From contig PBEQ01000016.1 in the NCBI GenBank assembly GCA_002719695.1, positions 1-57,467 of the forward strand: 57,467 nt of DNA. Direction: 5' to 3'. The stretch is from a bacterium. Lineage in GTDB: Bacteria > Margulisbacteria > Marinamargulisbacteria > GCA-2716485 > GCA-002719695. The notes under the pieces are model-generated. The model saw only the letters and a program-made list of their open reading frames with translations. It was not told the origin of the DNA and ran no database searches. Each line of letters begins with the position of its first letter. Within the stretch, counting starts at the first letter, position 1. Position numbers and translations under genes: made by a program. Of the stretch, positions 18,602 through 27,864 are shown piece after piece.

Positions 18602-20740
18602 TTATTTATTTATAGAAGACGGGTTTGTTGTTACTATGTTATGTTTGATAATAATAAATGTTAAATCATCTAGATATATTTTATTTGTAAAGTCGTTTAA
18701 GGTGTTAATAAACGATTTTTTAATTAGTTCTGGAGATTCATGTGCAAATTTTTCTAAGAGTTTTGTTATTCTTGAATCATTAAATTGTTCTTTTTTGGGA
18801 TTTCCATCTTGATGTGCTTCTGTAAGACCATCTGTTGCTAAAAAGAGAATATCTCCTTCTGATAAAGTGAACGATGCAGATGCAAAGCAGTTACTTGGAA
18901 TTGAATCGGTTAAGCCAATCCCGAAAGGAAGGTGACTAATTGTATGATGAACCACTTTTTTTTCTTTATATTTGTAAATAAATAAGTTTTCATGATTTCC
19001 ATGGAATTTATATGTTTTTCCATCTTGAGTATTTAATGTTACTAAGGATATAGGCCTTAGTTCTGTTAATCGTTCAAAATTTTGACAGAGTATTTTATTT
19101 GCTTTTTTGTTAATTGAAGCGGGATCAGTAAGCTTGCTGGAATGAATTAAGCTAGAGAAAATACTCTGAATCATTAACATGACCATTCCAGATCCAATGC
19201 CATGACCAGCTACATCTCCTAATATAATCCAGTTATGATCATTTTTGCTATGAATATCAAAAAAATCTCCACCTACTTCATCAGACGATCTTAAAAAGGT
19301 TGACGTTGTGCAATTTGGGATTGAGTGATTTTGAGGAATGATTTCAGATTGAATTTTTTGAGCCATGTCCATTTCAGTTTGGACTCGTAATTGTTTTATT
19401 TTTGTTAAGGTAACTTTTATTTGATTACCTAATGTTCTATATAGTTGATAATCTTCTTGTGTATATTTACTTTCATTCATTTTCTTTCCTAATAGAATCA
19501 GACAAATTAGTTGATTCTTATCATCAAAGCAGGATAGTAATAATTTTTCGTAATCAAGATTTAATTTGTCTTGAGCGGGTTTTGATAATTCACTACTTAA
19601 AACAATGTGTTTTTTTTTATTTTCAATTTCTGAAACTAATAATGGGTTTAAAGGTTTCTTTTTTACATTATTCTCTTTGTTACTAGAAAAATAGCAAATA
19701 CGTTTACTTGTTTGTTTAAATTTATCATAATGCTCAGGAATATATATTTGCACATTGCTAATTTCTAACGTATCAGTAAGTAATTTATATAAATGACGAA
19801 TTAAGTTTGTTAAATTAGTACAATTACTTGAATAATCTGAAAAATTAAGCATTACTTTTCTGTAATTGTACTCTCCTCGAAGAAATAATTTCTCTGCAGT
19901 TGATTGTAACTTGGTTCTAACAGTTTGAAAGGTTAATGAGCAAAAAATTAGGTACGTTCCAATCAAAATTGTATAAACTCCTGAAATTGTATGTGCAACA
20001 TATAATTTGTATACCCACGATAGACTCATGTAACCAAAAATATAAATAAAAATACATATACCAGATGCAACTATTTTATTTATAAGAAGGTTAATGTTAA
20101 AAAAATTGTATTTTAACATTAAGTAAGCAACAGAAAAATTGAAAACACTAGCGACTAGGGGGCCTATTTTATAAAAATGTGTTTCATTAAATAATGACGG
20201 TAAAAGTAAGTTGCATAACGTTGCTAATGAAAGTGACAATATTAAGGCTAATAAATAAAAATTAATTTGTTTGCTTTTGTCAGGATACTTTCTTTTGTTT
20301 TGTTGGCATATTTTTACAATTGAAATTGTAAAGATAATTAAGTATGCAGTCCAAATATTATGTAAAGGACCAAATGTAATATCACGTGGGTTGTTCATAT
20401 ATTGTATGTGGTAAGGTGAAAAAGATGATGAAATTGCTAGTAATGTTGGTACTATGATTCGTATGTGTGTGGAGATAGATATTTTTTTTGAAGCTATAGG
20501 TAAATAAATAGAAAAGTATATTTGGGAGCTAATAAATAGTGATGCGCAAAAATAGGCTACTTGATTCCAAAATAAAAAGCTTTCGGAACTAAAAATAAGA
20601 AAATTGCTAAGGGACCAGCCTGTAAGAAAAAATACAGATATAGAAAAGCTAATGGACTTTTTATTAATGTGAGTTAATGTTAAAGGAATTAAGCCAATGA
20701 TAATATTGAGTATAAATAAGAAAGAATAGATTGCTAACAT
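18602..20740 (-). CDS. Polytopic membrane PP2C/SpoIIE-family protein phosphatase (RsbU-like sensor phosphatase)
   Basis: 712 aa. About nine hydrophobic helices in the first ~290 aa, a linker region, then PP2C motifs DEVGGDFFDI, GDVAGHGIGSGMVM, LATDGLTEA, DDLTFIIIK. Confidence 0.85.
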   Translation of the reverse strand: MLAIYSFLFILNIIIGLIPLTLTHINKKSISFSISVFFLTGWSLSNFLIFSSESFLFWNQVAYFCASLFISSQIYFSIYLPIASKKISISTHIRIIVPTLLAISSSFSPYHIQYMNNPRDITFGPLHNIWTAYLIIFTISIVKICQQNKRKYPDKSKQINFYLLALILSLSLATLCNLLLPSLFNETHFYKIGPLVASVFNFSVAYLMLKYNFFNINLLINKIVASGICIFIYIFGYMSLSWVYKLYVAHTISGVYTILIGTYLIFCSLTFQTVRTKLQSTAEKLFLRGEYNYRKVMLNFSDYSSNCTNLTNLIRHLYKLLTDTLEISNVQIYIPEHYDKFKQTSKRICYFSSNKENNVKKKPLNPLLVSEIENKKKHIVLSSELSKPAQDKLNLDYEKLLLSCFDDKNQLICLILLGKKMNESKYTQEDYQLYRTLGNQIKVTLTKIKQLRVQTEMDMAQKIQSEIIPQNHSIPNCTTSTFLRSSDEVGGDFFDIHSKNDHNWIILGDVAGHGIGSGMVMLMIQSIFSSLIHSSKLTDPASINKKANKILCQNFERLTELRPISLVTLNTQDGKTYKFHGNHENLFIYKYKEKKVVHHTISHLPFGIGLTDSIPSNCFASASFTLSEGDILFLATDGLTEAHQDGNPKKEQFNDSRITKLLEKFAHESPELIKKSFINTLNDFTNKIYLDDLTFIIIKHNIVTTNPSSINK

Positions 20741-20782
20741 TTTAGCGATACTATAATAAATAATGATGATGTGATCAAGTGA

Positions 20783-22027
20783 TTATAGCTTTATATCAGA
20801 TGGGATATTTTGTCCATTAATTCTTAATTTTGGAGCATGGAAGTTCATATTTATTAAGGTATTGTAATGTGTTTTTGCAATTTCATGTTTTGGAATGCCA
20901 GTTGATGCTTTGATGTTTGTATGGGTTGATGTTAATAATCCTGCAAGTACGCAGCTTGTCATTTCACAGTCTAATCTATTTAAAATAATTTTTGGTAAAT
21001 AAGATAGAAAAGGCTTTATTTCATTAGGTAGGTATCGATTTTCTTTTATTGGTTCTGGGGAATTTATCATTCCTGCTTCTATACAAATTATATCTTTTTG
21101 TGATTCCATTCTTTTATAGGCTTTGTTAGCATCAAAACAATGTGGTATTGAATCATCAATTAGGATTGTTCCAGGTTTAAGTTGGTTGATGTCCAGAATG
21201 TTGGCTTGATTTGTAGCTCCAATTATAATGCTTGCTTGATAAAACTCTTTAGGGGCTTGGTTTGATGATTCAATAAATTTTATTTTATTTTTAAACCCTA
21301 ACTGTCGAATTTCTGTTTTTAAGGTATCAAATAATACTTTTACAGCTGGTATATCACATAAAATCAATTCTTTTGGATGCGGGAGTGTTTTTAACATCAA
21401 TTTTAGTGAGGATTGACCAATTGAACCTATTCCTACAAATCCAATTACTTCATTTTGGATAGTTTTGTTTTGATTTTTTAATAATTCTTTTAGAGTAATG
21501 ATTACCGTTGCTGTTGTTGTTGCATGTCCTGTTGTGATTTCCATTGTTGATTTTTTTGGTATTAAAGAGATGATGTCAGAGCCGTATTGAGTGACAGATG
21601 GAATTAATCCAGCTAGAGATATTGATTTTGCTCCGATAAAATTAGCTAAATGAAGCCCTTTTTCTAATTGAGCTTTTAATAGCGATTTGTGATTAAATAA
21701 ATCATTTTCATCAATGGGTAATACAATGATTGCTGTAGATCCAAATGAAAATTCAAAAATATTGAATAAAATTGGTAATTGCTTAAAAATTGCTTTTATT
21801 TTTTCTGATATAGATTCATTTTGTAATGGTAAATATGCTAAAGTTGCTGCATTTACTTTTTGTAATTGTCCTGTAGCTATAAGATTAAGTAACGATCGGT
21901 GTTCATATTGGATTGTTTGTTTATTTAAGGATGTTATTTCAGATTTTTTTTTTTCTTGTTTCAGTTTTTGTATTAAAGCAAGTTTTTCTTGAGGTGTTAA
22001 AGATGTAATGTTGGTAGTATATGTCAT
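20783..22027 (-). CDS. NAD(P)-binding acyl-ACP-reductase-like protein (COG5322-type, tentative)
   Basis: 414 aa. Rossmann motif GFVGIGSIGQS preceded by ITTGHATTTA. Colinear by eye with my recollection of cyanobacterial acyl-ACP reductase (TTGN..TA, GATGDIGS, LID..YP, Cys region here CEMTSCVLAGLL). No search was run. Confidence 0.5.
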   Translation of the reverse strand: MTYTTNITSLTPQEKLALIQKLKQEKKKSEITSLNKQTIQYEHRSLLNLIATGQLQKVNAATLAYLPLQNESISEKIKAIFKQLPILFNIFEFSFGSTAIIVLPIDENDLFNHKSLLKAQLEKGLHLANFIGAKSISLAGLIPSVTQYGSDIISLIPKKSTMEITTGHATTTATVIITLKELLKNQNKTIQNEVIGFVGIGSIGQSSLKLMLKTLPHPKELILCDIPAVKVLFDTLKTEIRQLGFKNKIKFIESSNQAPKEFYQASIIIGATNQANILDINQLKPGTILIDDSIPHCFDANKAYKRMESQKDIICIEAGMINSPEPIKENRYLPNEIKPFLSYLPKIILNRLDCEMTSCVLAGLLTSTHTNIKASTGIPKHEIAKTHYNTLINMNFHAPKLRINGQNIPSDIKL

Positions 22028-22034
22028 ATCTAGA

Positions 22035-24227
22035 TTAGTATGTTAGTTCTAAAGATGATGTTTGCGTGTTCAGTAAGGTTAATTGTTTGATAAGTTCATC
22101 TTGTTTTTGGTCAATTCGTTGACATAGTCCTTTCATAGTTACGTTTTCTGAAAATAGCTCACTTGGGTTTAATTCAATTCCAAATTGATCTTGTATTTCA
22201 GCAATTATTTGCATCATGATTAAGGAGTTCCCTCCTAAATATTCTAATTTAGATGACAAAGATACAGCTGGTATATTTAGTAAATTTTTTAATATATTAC
22301 TGATAATTTCTTCTGTTGCAGTTAGAGGGATATGGTTGTTTTTTTTAGGAATTTTTTTTGTGATTTTGCTTGTTACAACGTTTAAGCTATTGTTTATAAA
22401 ATGCTGTTTGCATAACTGACGCTGTTTTTTACTACTAGATGTTTTTGGCAAGCTCATGGGTTTGATATAAATAATATCATTAATCGAAAATCCATATTCA
22501 TGAAAAATAGCTTGTATTATTTTTTGACTTAATTTTTCTTGATTAAAGGACTTAACATGAACCCTTTCTATTTCAATTGCAGTGGCTAATTTTTGTGTAC
22601 CATTGGATTGATATTCAAAAATAATACAACCCCCTAATTTTATTTCTTTTGCTATGCTTTCTATTTGATTTTCTATGTCATGAGGATAGATGTTTTTACC
22701 ATGAATTATTATCATATCTTTAATTCGGCCTGTTACAAATAAATCATTGTTGTCATTAAAAAATCCTAAATCTCCTGTTCTTAGAAAGTGACCATCTTCG
22801 TTCTTCAAGGTTGCTTTAAATGTGAGATCAGTTAAGGCAGGTTTGTTCCAATATCCTTTACAGACATTTGGACCTTGTACCCAAATTTCGCCAACTATAT
22901 TTTTTGGATTTTCAGTTAATGAATCAGGATTAACAATTTTTATTTTTTGTTGATTCCATGATTTTCCACATCCAACAAGAATGAGTTCATCTTTACTGTT
23001 TTTTGGAGGTTTAATGGTGTTAGTTGCTAACTCATGTTTATCAACAGGTAATAATACGGGTGATTGATCGCAAGGTGCGCTTGTAGCAAAACATGTTGTT
23101 TCCGCTAATCCAAATAAAGGACAAAATGCATCAAATGAAAAGTTGCACTCTTTAAATTTTTTTGAAAAGTTAGTTAGGGTTTCAGCTTTTATAGGTTCGG
23201 CGCCATTAAATGCTATTTTCCATGATGATAAATTTAATGTTTCAAGCTTTTCTTTTGCTATTTTGTTGGTACAAAGTTCATATGAAAAATTAGGGCCACC
23301 GCTGTAGTCAATTTGGTAATCACTAATTGTTTTTAGCCAAATAAAAGGATTTCGAATAAAGGCTGTTGGACTCATTAAAATAGAGAAGCCTCCTATGTAA
23401 ATAGGGTGTAAGATGTTTGCGATAATACCCATGTCATGATAGTGAGGTGCCCATCCGCAAATACGTGTTTTTCCGGATGTCTGACCAGCACACTTAATCA
23501 TATGTTGATTCGTTATGATATTATGATGACTATTAATAACACCTTTTGGATCTGATGTTGATCCAGATGTAAATTGTATAAATGCAGTATCACCTGCTGT
23601 TACATTAGGTTTTTTCCATTTTTTTTCAAGTTTAGGATCTAAATTTTGGACGGATAAAAGTTTGATTTCTTCTAATTCTGAATATAAACTACTATCTTTA
23701 TAGTGTTGGTTTTTTATTGACTCTGTTGTAAAGCCAATAATTGCATTTGTATCTTTAATAATTGTTTTGATTCGATTTTGTTTTGCGTTTTGTTTTGGAG
23801 GAAATAAAGGAACCGCAATAGCACCTCCATATATACAACCAAAAAAATCAATAATAAATTCAATGCCAGGTGGATGTAAGAGCAAAATAGGGACGTGATG
23901 GAAGTTGTTTTCTTGAATGTATGTACCTATTATTTTGGCTTTAGTATGAAGTTCTTTGTAAGTAAGTTTGCTCTGTTCTTCACCTTTTTCATTAAGAAAA
24001 ATAAATGCAGTTTTATTTGGTTTTGTTTTTGCATGAAAACTTAAAATATCAATTAAGGTTTTCTTTTCTTCAAGTTTATTAAAATTAAATGATTTAGGAA
24101 ATAATGGATATTTAAATAATGGCGGGCGTTTAGGAAAGATCGTTTGATTATCAAGTGATGAGACAACGAAGTTGTATTCATTTGATACCAGCATGGAATT
24201 TGATTTAACTTTTTTTGGTAAAACCAT
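22035..24227 (-). CDS. Fatty acyl-AMP ligase fused to an acyl carrier domain (FAAL-ACP)
   Basis: 730 aa. Adenylation motifs FTSGSTSDPKGV, GDLGF and TGRIKDMIIIHGKNIYPHDIE. The C-terminal ~80 aa form a carrier domain with phosphopantetheine Ser motif LGGNSL. Confidence 0.85.
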   Translation of the reverse strand: MVLPKKVKSNSMLVSNEYNFVVSSLDNQTIFPKRPPLFKYPLFPKSFNFNKLEEKKTLIDILSFHAKTKPNKTAFIFLNEKGEEQSKLTYKELHTKAKIIGTYIQENNFHHVPILLLHPPGIEFIIDFFGCIYGGAIAVPLFPPKQNAKQNRIKTIIKDTNAIIGFTTESIKNQHYKDSSLYSELEEIKLLSVQNLDPKLEKKWKKPNVTAGDTAFIQFTSGSTSDPKGVINSHHNIITNQHMIKCAGQTSGKTRICGWAPHYHDMGIIANILHPIYIGGFSILMSPTAFIRNPFIWLKTISDYQIDYSGGPNFSYELCTNKIAKEKLETLNLSSWKIAFNGAEPIKAETLTNFSKKFKECNFSFDAFCPLFGLAETTCFATSAPCDQSPVLLPVDKHELATNTIKPPKNSKDELILVGCGKSWNQQKIKIVNPDSLTENPKNIVGEIWVQGPNVCKGYWNKPALTDLTFKATLKNEDGHFLRTGDLGFFNDNNDLFVTGRIKDMIIIHGKNIYPHDIENQIESIAKEIKLGGCIIFEYQSNGTQKLATAIEIERVHVKSFNQEKLSQKIIQAIFHEYGFSINDIIYIKPMSLPKTSSSKKQRQLCKQHFINNSLNVVTSKITKKIPKKNNHIPLTATEEIISNILKNLLNIPAVSLSSKLEYLGGNSLIMMQIIAEIQDQFGIELNPSELFSENVTMKGLCQRIDQKQDELIKQLTLLNTQTSSLELTY

Positions 24228-24337
24228 GTTAAATTCCTATTTTTTTGACATTAAAGATAGTTATTAATGTGATACTATATATTGCATCATATTGTCAATG
24301 CTTTTGTTTTCAAAATTGTACTTATTTAGTGCTTTTT

Positions 24338-24346
24338 TGGTATAAT
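24338..24346 (+). promoter_or_regulatory. Extended -10 promoter element (TGGTATAAT) upstream of the 84-aa ORF/MFS pair
   Basis: Perfect TGnTATAAT about 147 nt upstream of ATG 24493. No good -35 element. AT-rich background makes chance matches likely. Confidence 0.3.
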
Positions 24347-24492
24347 AATGATTATTTTTTTGATTTATTTAAATACGGTTTTTTATAAATTTTTAGTGTA
24401 TAGTGGCTTTTTTAAATTGCAATTATTAAATGATTTTTAGTACGGTTTAACTATTTTTTGCAAATGTGGGATCTTTTAATTAAACTATAGTC

Positions 24493-24747
24493 ATGTCAAA
24501 ACGTATAAAAACAAGATCATCAAATCAAAAATCAAAATCAGGTTCAAAATCAGGTTATGGTAGCCCTAATGTTAATAAACGTACGATTACAAAAAAAGAT
24601 CTTAAATCTATTTTAAAGAAACCTTGGTCTAAAATAACTAGTATGGATCTTTATAAACTGTATCAATTTGGACATCAGTCTGAAGAGCTAGCTGCTAATT
24701 TTAAAACAACAACTATTCAGATTTTGAATCGTTTACGCTATCAATGA
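24493..24747 (+). CDS. Small basic protein, unknown function
   Basis: 84 aa. Lys/Ser-rich N-half containing a 12-nt tandem repeat (SKSGSKSG), and a helical C-half. ATGA overlap with the MFS gene. Confidence 0.5.
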   Translation: MSKRIKTRSSNQKSKSGSKSGYGSPNVNKRTITKKDLKSILKKPWSKITSMDLYKLYQFGHQSEELAANFKTTTIQILNRLRYQ

Positions 24748-25898
24748 GATTATTTAAATCACATTTATTTATTTTATTTTTAGTTGTATTTACAGAGTTA
24801 ATTGGATTTGGATTGATTATTCCTGTTTTACCTCAAATAGCGTCTGAGTATCATGTTTCTCATTTTATGTTAGGTGTTCTAATGGCTTCATTTTCGTTTG
24901 CTCAATTTTTTTCTGCGCCTTTGTTAGGACATTGGTCTGATAGGTTTGGTCGTAAGCCAATTTTGATAGTTAGTAAGTGTGGAACCGTTTTAGCTTATAT
25001 TGTTTTAGCATATGCAAATTCTTTTTATTTATTTTTATTAGCTAGATTAATAGATGGTTTCACAGGCGGGAATATTGCTGTTGCACGAGCTTATATTGCT
25101 GATGTAACAACAGAAGAGAATCGTGCTAAGGGGATGGCTGTAATTGGCATTTCATTTGGCTTAGGGTTTATTTTTGGCCCAGCATTAGGAGGTATTCTTT
25201 ATAGTTTGCCAAAGGGACAATTTATTGCTTTTTTTGTTGCGAGTGGACTATCTTTTCTAGCAGTGCTGTTAACAAGCTTGTTTTTAAAAGAACCAGAATC
25301 TAAAAAACAGGTTCAGACTGATAAACGATTTTTGAGTCAGTTACTTTCTATTAAGCAGTTAATAATACTTATTTTATGTTTGATATATTTTGTTTACATG
25401 GTTTCTTTTTCAGGTTTTGAAACAACGTTTGCTATTTTTACAAGTTCTACATTATCGCTTTCGATACAAGAAAATAGTATGTTATTTATGTATGCAGGTA
25501 TTGTTGGTTTAATTGTTCAGGTATTTTTAACCAAGAGGGCATCTACGCAATTTGTACATTTTATAATGATAGGATTTTTATGTTTGTCACTTGGTTTTTT
25601 AGGAATGGCTTATGTAACTAATATGGTGGTATTATTAATTTCCTTATCTGTTTTTTCAGTAGGAATTTCTTTTGTTAATACGTTTATGCCTGCTTTGGTA
25701 AGTACAAATACTCCTGATGAAAGTAAAGAGGTTGTGATGGGGGTTTATGAAAGCATTGGAAGTATGAGTCGAATTATTGGGCCACTTATTGCTTATAGTA
25801 TTGCTATTACATACATTCGCATAGAATATGCGGTTTTTGGTATGTTAATGTTACTGCTGATTCCAATAATGTATTACTTTTTTATTTATCGTAAATAA
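24744..25898 (+). CDS. MFS transporter (DHA1/TetA-like)
   Basis: 384 aa, about 12 TM helices. MFS motif A GHWSDRFGRKPIL. Confidence 0.85.
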   Translation: MRLFKSHLFILFLVVFTELIGFGLIIPVLPQIASEYHVSHFMLGVLMASFSFAQFFSAPLLGHWSDRFGRKPILIVSKCGTVLAYIVLAYANSFYLFLLARLIDGFTGGNIAVARAYIADVTTEENRAKGMAVIGISFGLGFIFGPALGGILYSLPKGQFIAFFVASGLSFLAVLLTSLFLKEPESKKQVQTDKRFLSQLLSIKQLIILILCLIYFVYMVSFSGFETTFAIFTSSTLSLSIQENSMLFMYAGIVGLIVQVFLTKRASTQFVHFIMIGFLCLSLGFLGMAYVTNMVVLLISLSVFSVGISFVNTFMPALVSTNTPDESKEVVMGVYESIGSMSRIIGPLIAYSIAITYIRIEYAVFGMLMLLLIPIMYYFFIYRK

Positions 25899-25903
25899 AA
25901 AGG

Positions 25904-26668
25904 TTACTTATCTTTGATAATTTTTTTTGCTAATTTAAGAAACGATTCTGCTTCATGAATTTTTTGTAGTAAATCATCCTTGCTTAAATGATCATAAGGG
26001 GTTGTTGTTATCGTTTCAAATAAAGACTGTTTAATTTCTTTTTCGCAGGATAATTCGCGTTTTGCAAGATACGCTAAAATATCATTTTTGGTAGATTTTT
26101 GTTCTAAATGATAACGCTTTTCGGTATCTGATAGTTTGTCAATCCTACTATATTGCTTAAGGCTATCAACATTTCTACCTAAAATTTTTGCTAATTTGGA
26201 TAATGTATAACCTGTTTGTTTTTTGATTCGCATCACTGCTTCAGCTAATTCGATGGGGTTTAAATTCATTCTGTGCATGTTTTCAGCTAATTGTAAGATT
26301 TCATTTTGAGCAGAATCATGATTATATTCTTTTACTATAGATGGTATCGTTTCCCAATTTAGATAGTGTGCAGCATTGAGCCGATTGCCTCCTATTAATA
26401 AAATATAGGATTCATTTTCATTTGGGTGTTTCATAATGGTGATCGGATGAATAAGTCCCTTTTGCTCGATATCTTCAGCTAGCTGTATAATTTTATCTTT
26501 ATCAAAATGTTTTCTAACTTGGGGAGGTGTTATAATTTGTATTAGCGGAATATCAACAATAATTTTATCGCCATGGTTATTAAGATGATTATTAATAATA
26601 TCTGTTTTGCTTGAAATTTTTTGAGGGTTTTTAAATAAGCTATGTTGTTTAAATGAGCGCGTTGTCAT
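25904..26668 (-). CDS. parB: ParB-like partition protein with degenerate arginine patch
   Basis: 254 aa. ParB N-domain (IQIITPPQVRKHF, GLIHPITIM) and HTH (YTLSKLAKILGRN). The canonical GERRxRA reads GGNRLNA. 4-nt overlap with parA. Confidence 0.7.
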   Translation of the reverse strand: MTTRSFKQHSLFKNPQKISSKTDIINNHLNNHGDKIIVDIPLIQIITPPQVRKHFDKDKIIQLAEDIEQKGLIHPITIMKHPNENESYILLIGGNRLNAAHYLNWETIPSIVKEYNHDSAQNEILQLAENMHRMNLNPIELAEAVMRIKKQTGYTLSKLAKILGRNVDSLKQYSRIDKLSDTEKRYHLEQKSTKNDILAYLAKRELSCEKEIKQSLFETITTTPYDHLSKDDLLQKIHEAESFLKLAKKIIKDK

Positions 26669-27447
26669 GATGCTTTTTTCATTAATTCAATTGTAAGATT
26701 TTGATAATCTTTTGCTGGTTTTGAACTAGGAGAAAGATGAATGACGCTTTGCCCAGTTGCATTAGCTTGATCAATGGTTTGTCCAGCAGAAATATAGGTG
26801 TTAAATAAATGATCAGGATATATTTCTGAGCAAAGATTATAAGCTTCTTGAAATAGCGGTTCTTTGTTATTAACTTGAGTAAAAAAGAAACCTAATATTG
26901 TTGTGTTGGCCTCGTAAATTATTTGAATTTTACTAATTGTTTTGGTTAATAACTCTAGTCCTGTTAATGAAAAAATATCAGCATGTAAGGGTACTATGAC
27001 ATAATTAGAGGCAATAATTGAATTTAATGTTAGTAAACCTAGTGATGGTTGGCAATCTAATAAAATATAATCATAGTCATCACAATGAACTTTATTTTCT
27101 TTTAAAATGTTTTTTAACGTACTTTCTCTATGTTTTTTATTAACTAATTCTAATTCGGCACTACTTAATAATACATTTGATGGCAGTAGATCGACATCAT
27201 TAATGTAAGTATTTTTTTTTAATGATTTAATAGTAATTTTTTCTGTTGGTTTTTTTAGTAGTAAGTTATATATGGAGTCGTCATCATCGGTTATATTGGA
27301 ATATACTTGTGTTGTGTTTCCTTGGGGATCCATGTCGATAATTAGCACGGATTTGTTTTTATTTGCTAAACAAGCAGCTACATTGATGACAGATGTGCTT
27401 TTTCCAACTCCGCCTTTTTGATTTACAAATGCAATTGTTTTTGTCAT
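26665..27447 (-). CDS. parA: ParA/Soj-family partition ATPase
   Basis: 260 aa. Deviant Walker A NQKGGVGKST. Confidence 0.9.
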   Translation of the reverse strand: MTKTIAFVNQKGGVGKSTSVINVAACLANKNKSVLIIDMDPQGNTTQVYSNITDDDDSIYNLLLKKPTEKITIKSLKKNTYINDVDLLPSNVLLSSAELELVNKKHRESTLKNILKENKVHCDDYDYILLDCQPSLGLLTLNSIIASNYVIVPLHADIFSLTGLELLTKTISKIQIIYEANTTILGFFFTQVNNKEPLFQEAYNLCSEIYPDHLFNTYISAGQTIDQANATGQSVIHLSPSSKPAKDYQNLTIELMKKAS

Positions 27448-27471
27448 ACGTGCCCTTTTTTAATTTGGCTC

Positions 27472-27545
27472 TGGAGGCGGCACCCAGATTCGAACTGGGG
27501 ATAAAGATGTTGCAGACATCTGCCTTACCACTTGGCCATGCCGCC
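27472..27545 (-). tRNA. tRNA-Cys (GCA)
   Basis: 74 nt with encoded CCA. Acceptor GGCGGCA/TGCCGCC, T-arm CCCAG-TTCGAAT-CTGGG, anticodon loop CTGCAAC, discriminator U. In the canonical register the anticodon stem has one U-C mismatch and two G-U pairs. Confidence 0.85.
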
Positions 27546-27608
27546 ATGAGCAATTAAGTACAGTGTATTCAAATTTTTGTTTACTGACAATAATTAAGAT
27601 GGGTGTTT

Positions 27609-27806
27609 TTACTCATAATCATCCCATTGTAATTGATTTCGTTTTTTATCATATTTTTTTAAGATAGTTAATACTTCTTGCAATCGTTTTGCTCGTTTAG
27701 CACAACTTTTTTTGTTTGTATGAGTAAATGCTTCATTAATTGCAATGATATGTTCTCTTGATATTTCAAGTTCATCTAGTGGGTTTAAGTTGTTATTTAT
27801 ACTCAT
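27609..27806 (-). CDS. Hypothetical small protein
   Basis: 65-aa ORF in an otherwise empty interval. No motif recognised. Confidence 0.35.
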   Translation of the reverse strand: MSINNNLNPLDELEISREHIIAINEAFTHTNKKSCAKRAKRLQEVLTILKKYDKKRNQLQWDDYE

Positions 27807-27864
27807 TTTCAGCTAAATTTTTTCATATATTCATGTGTTGGTCAAAGCTTATATTGGAAATATA

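Noticed and set aside
16028-27545. The region between ribH and tRNA-Cys as a tRNA-integrated genomic island or ICE
   Set aside because: No integrase, relaxase or transposase is present. I saw no direct repeat of the tRNA 3' end. The region contains a core gene (lexA). I kept only the weaker note about the parAB context.
27359-27553. 64-aa ORF overlapping the parA start and the tRNA-Cys gene
   Set aside because: It is explained by the tRNA (cloverleaf, encoded CCA) and by the 5' end of parA. It has no independent support.
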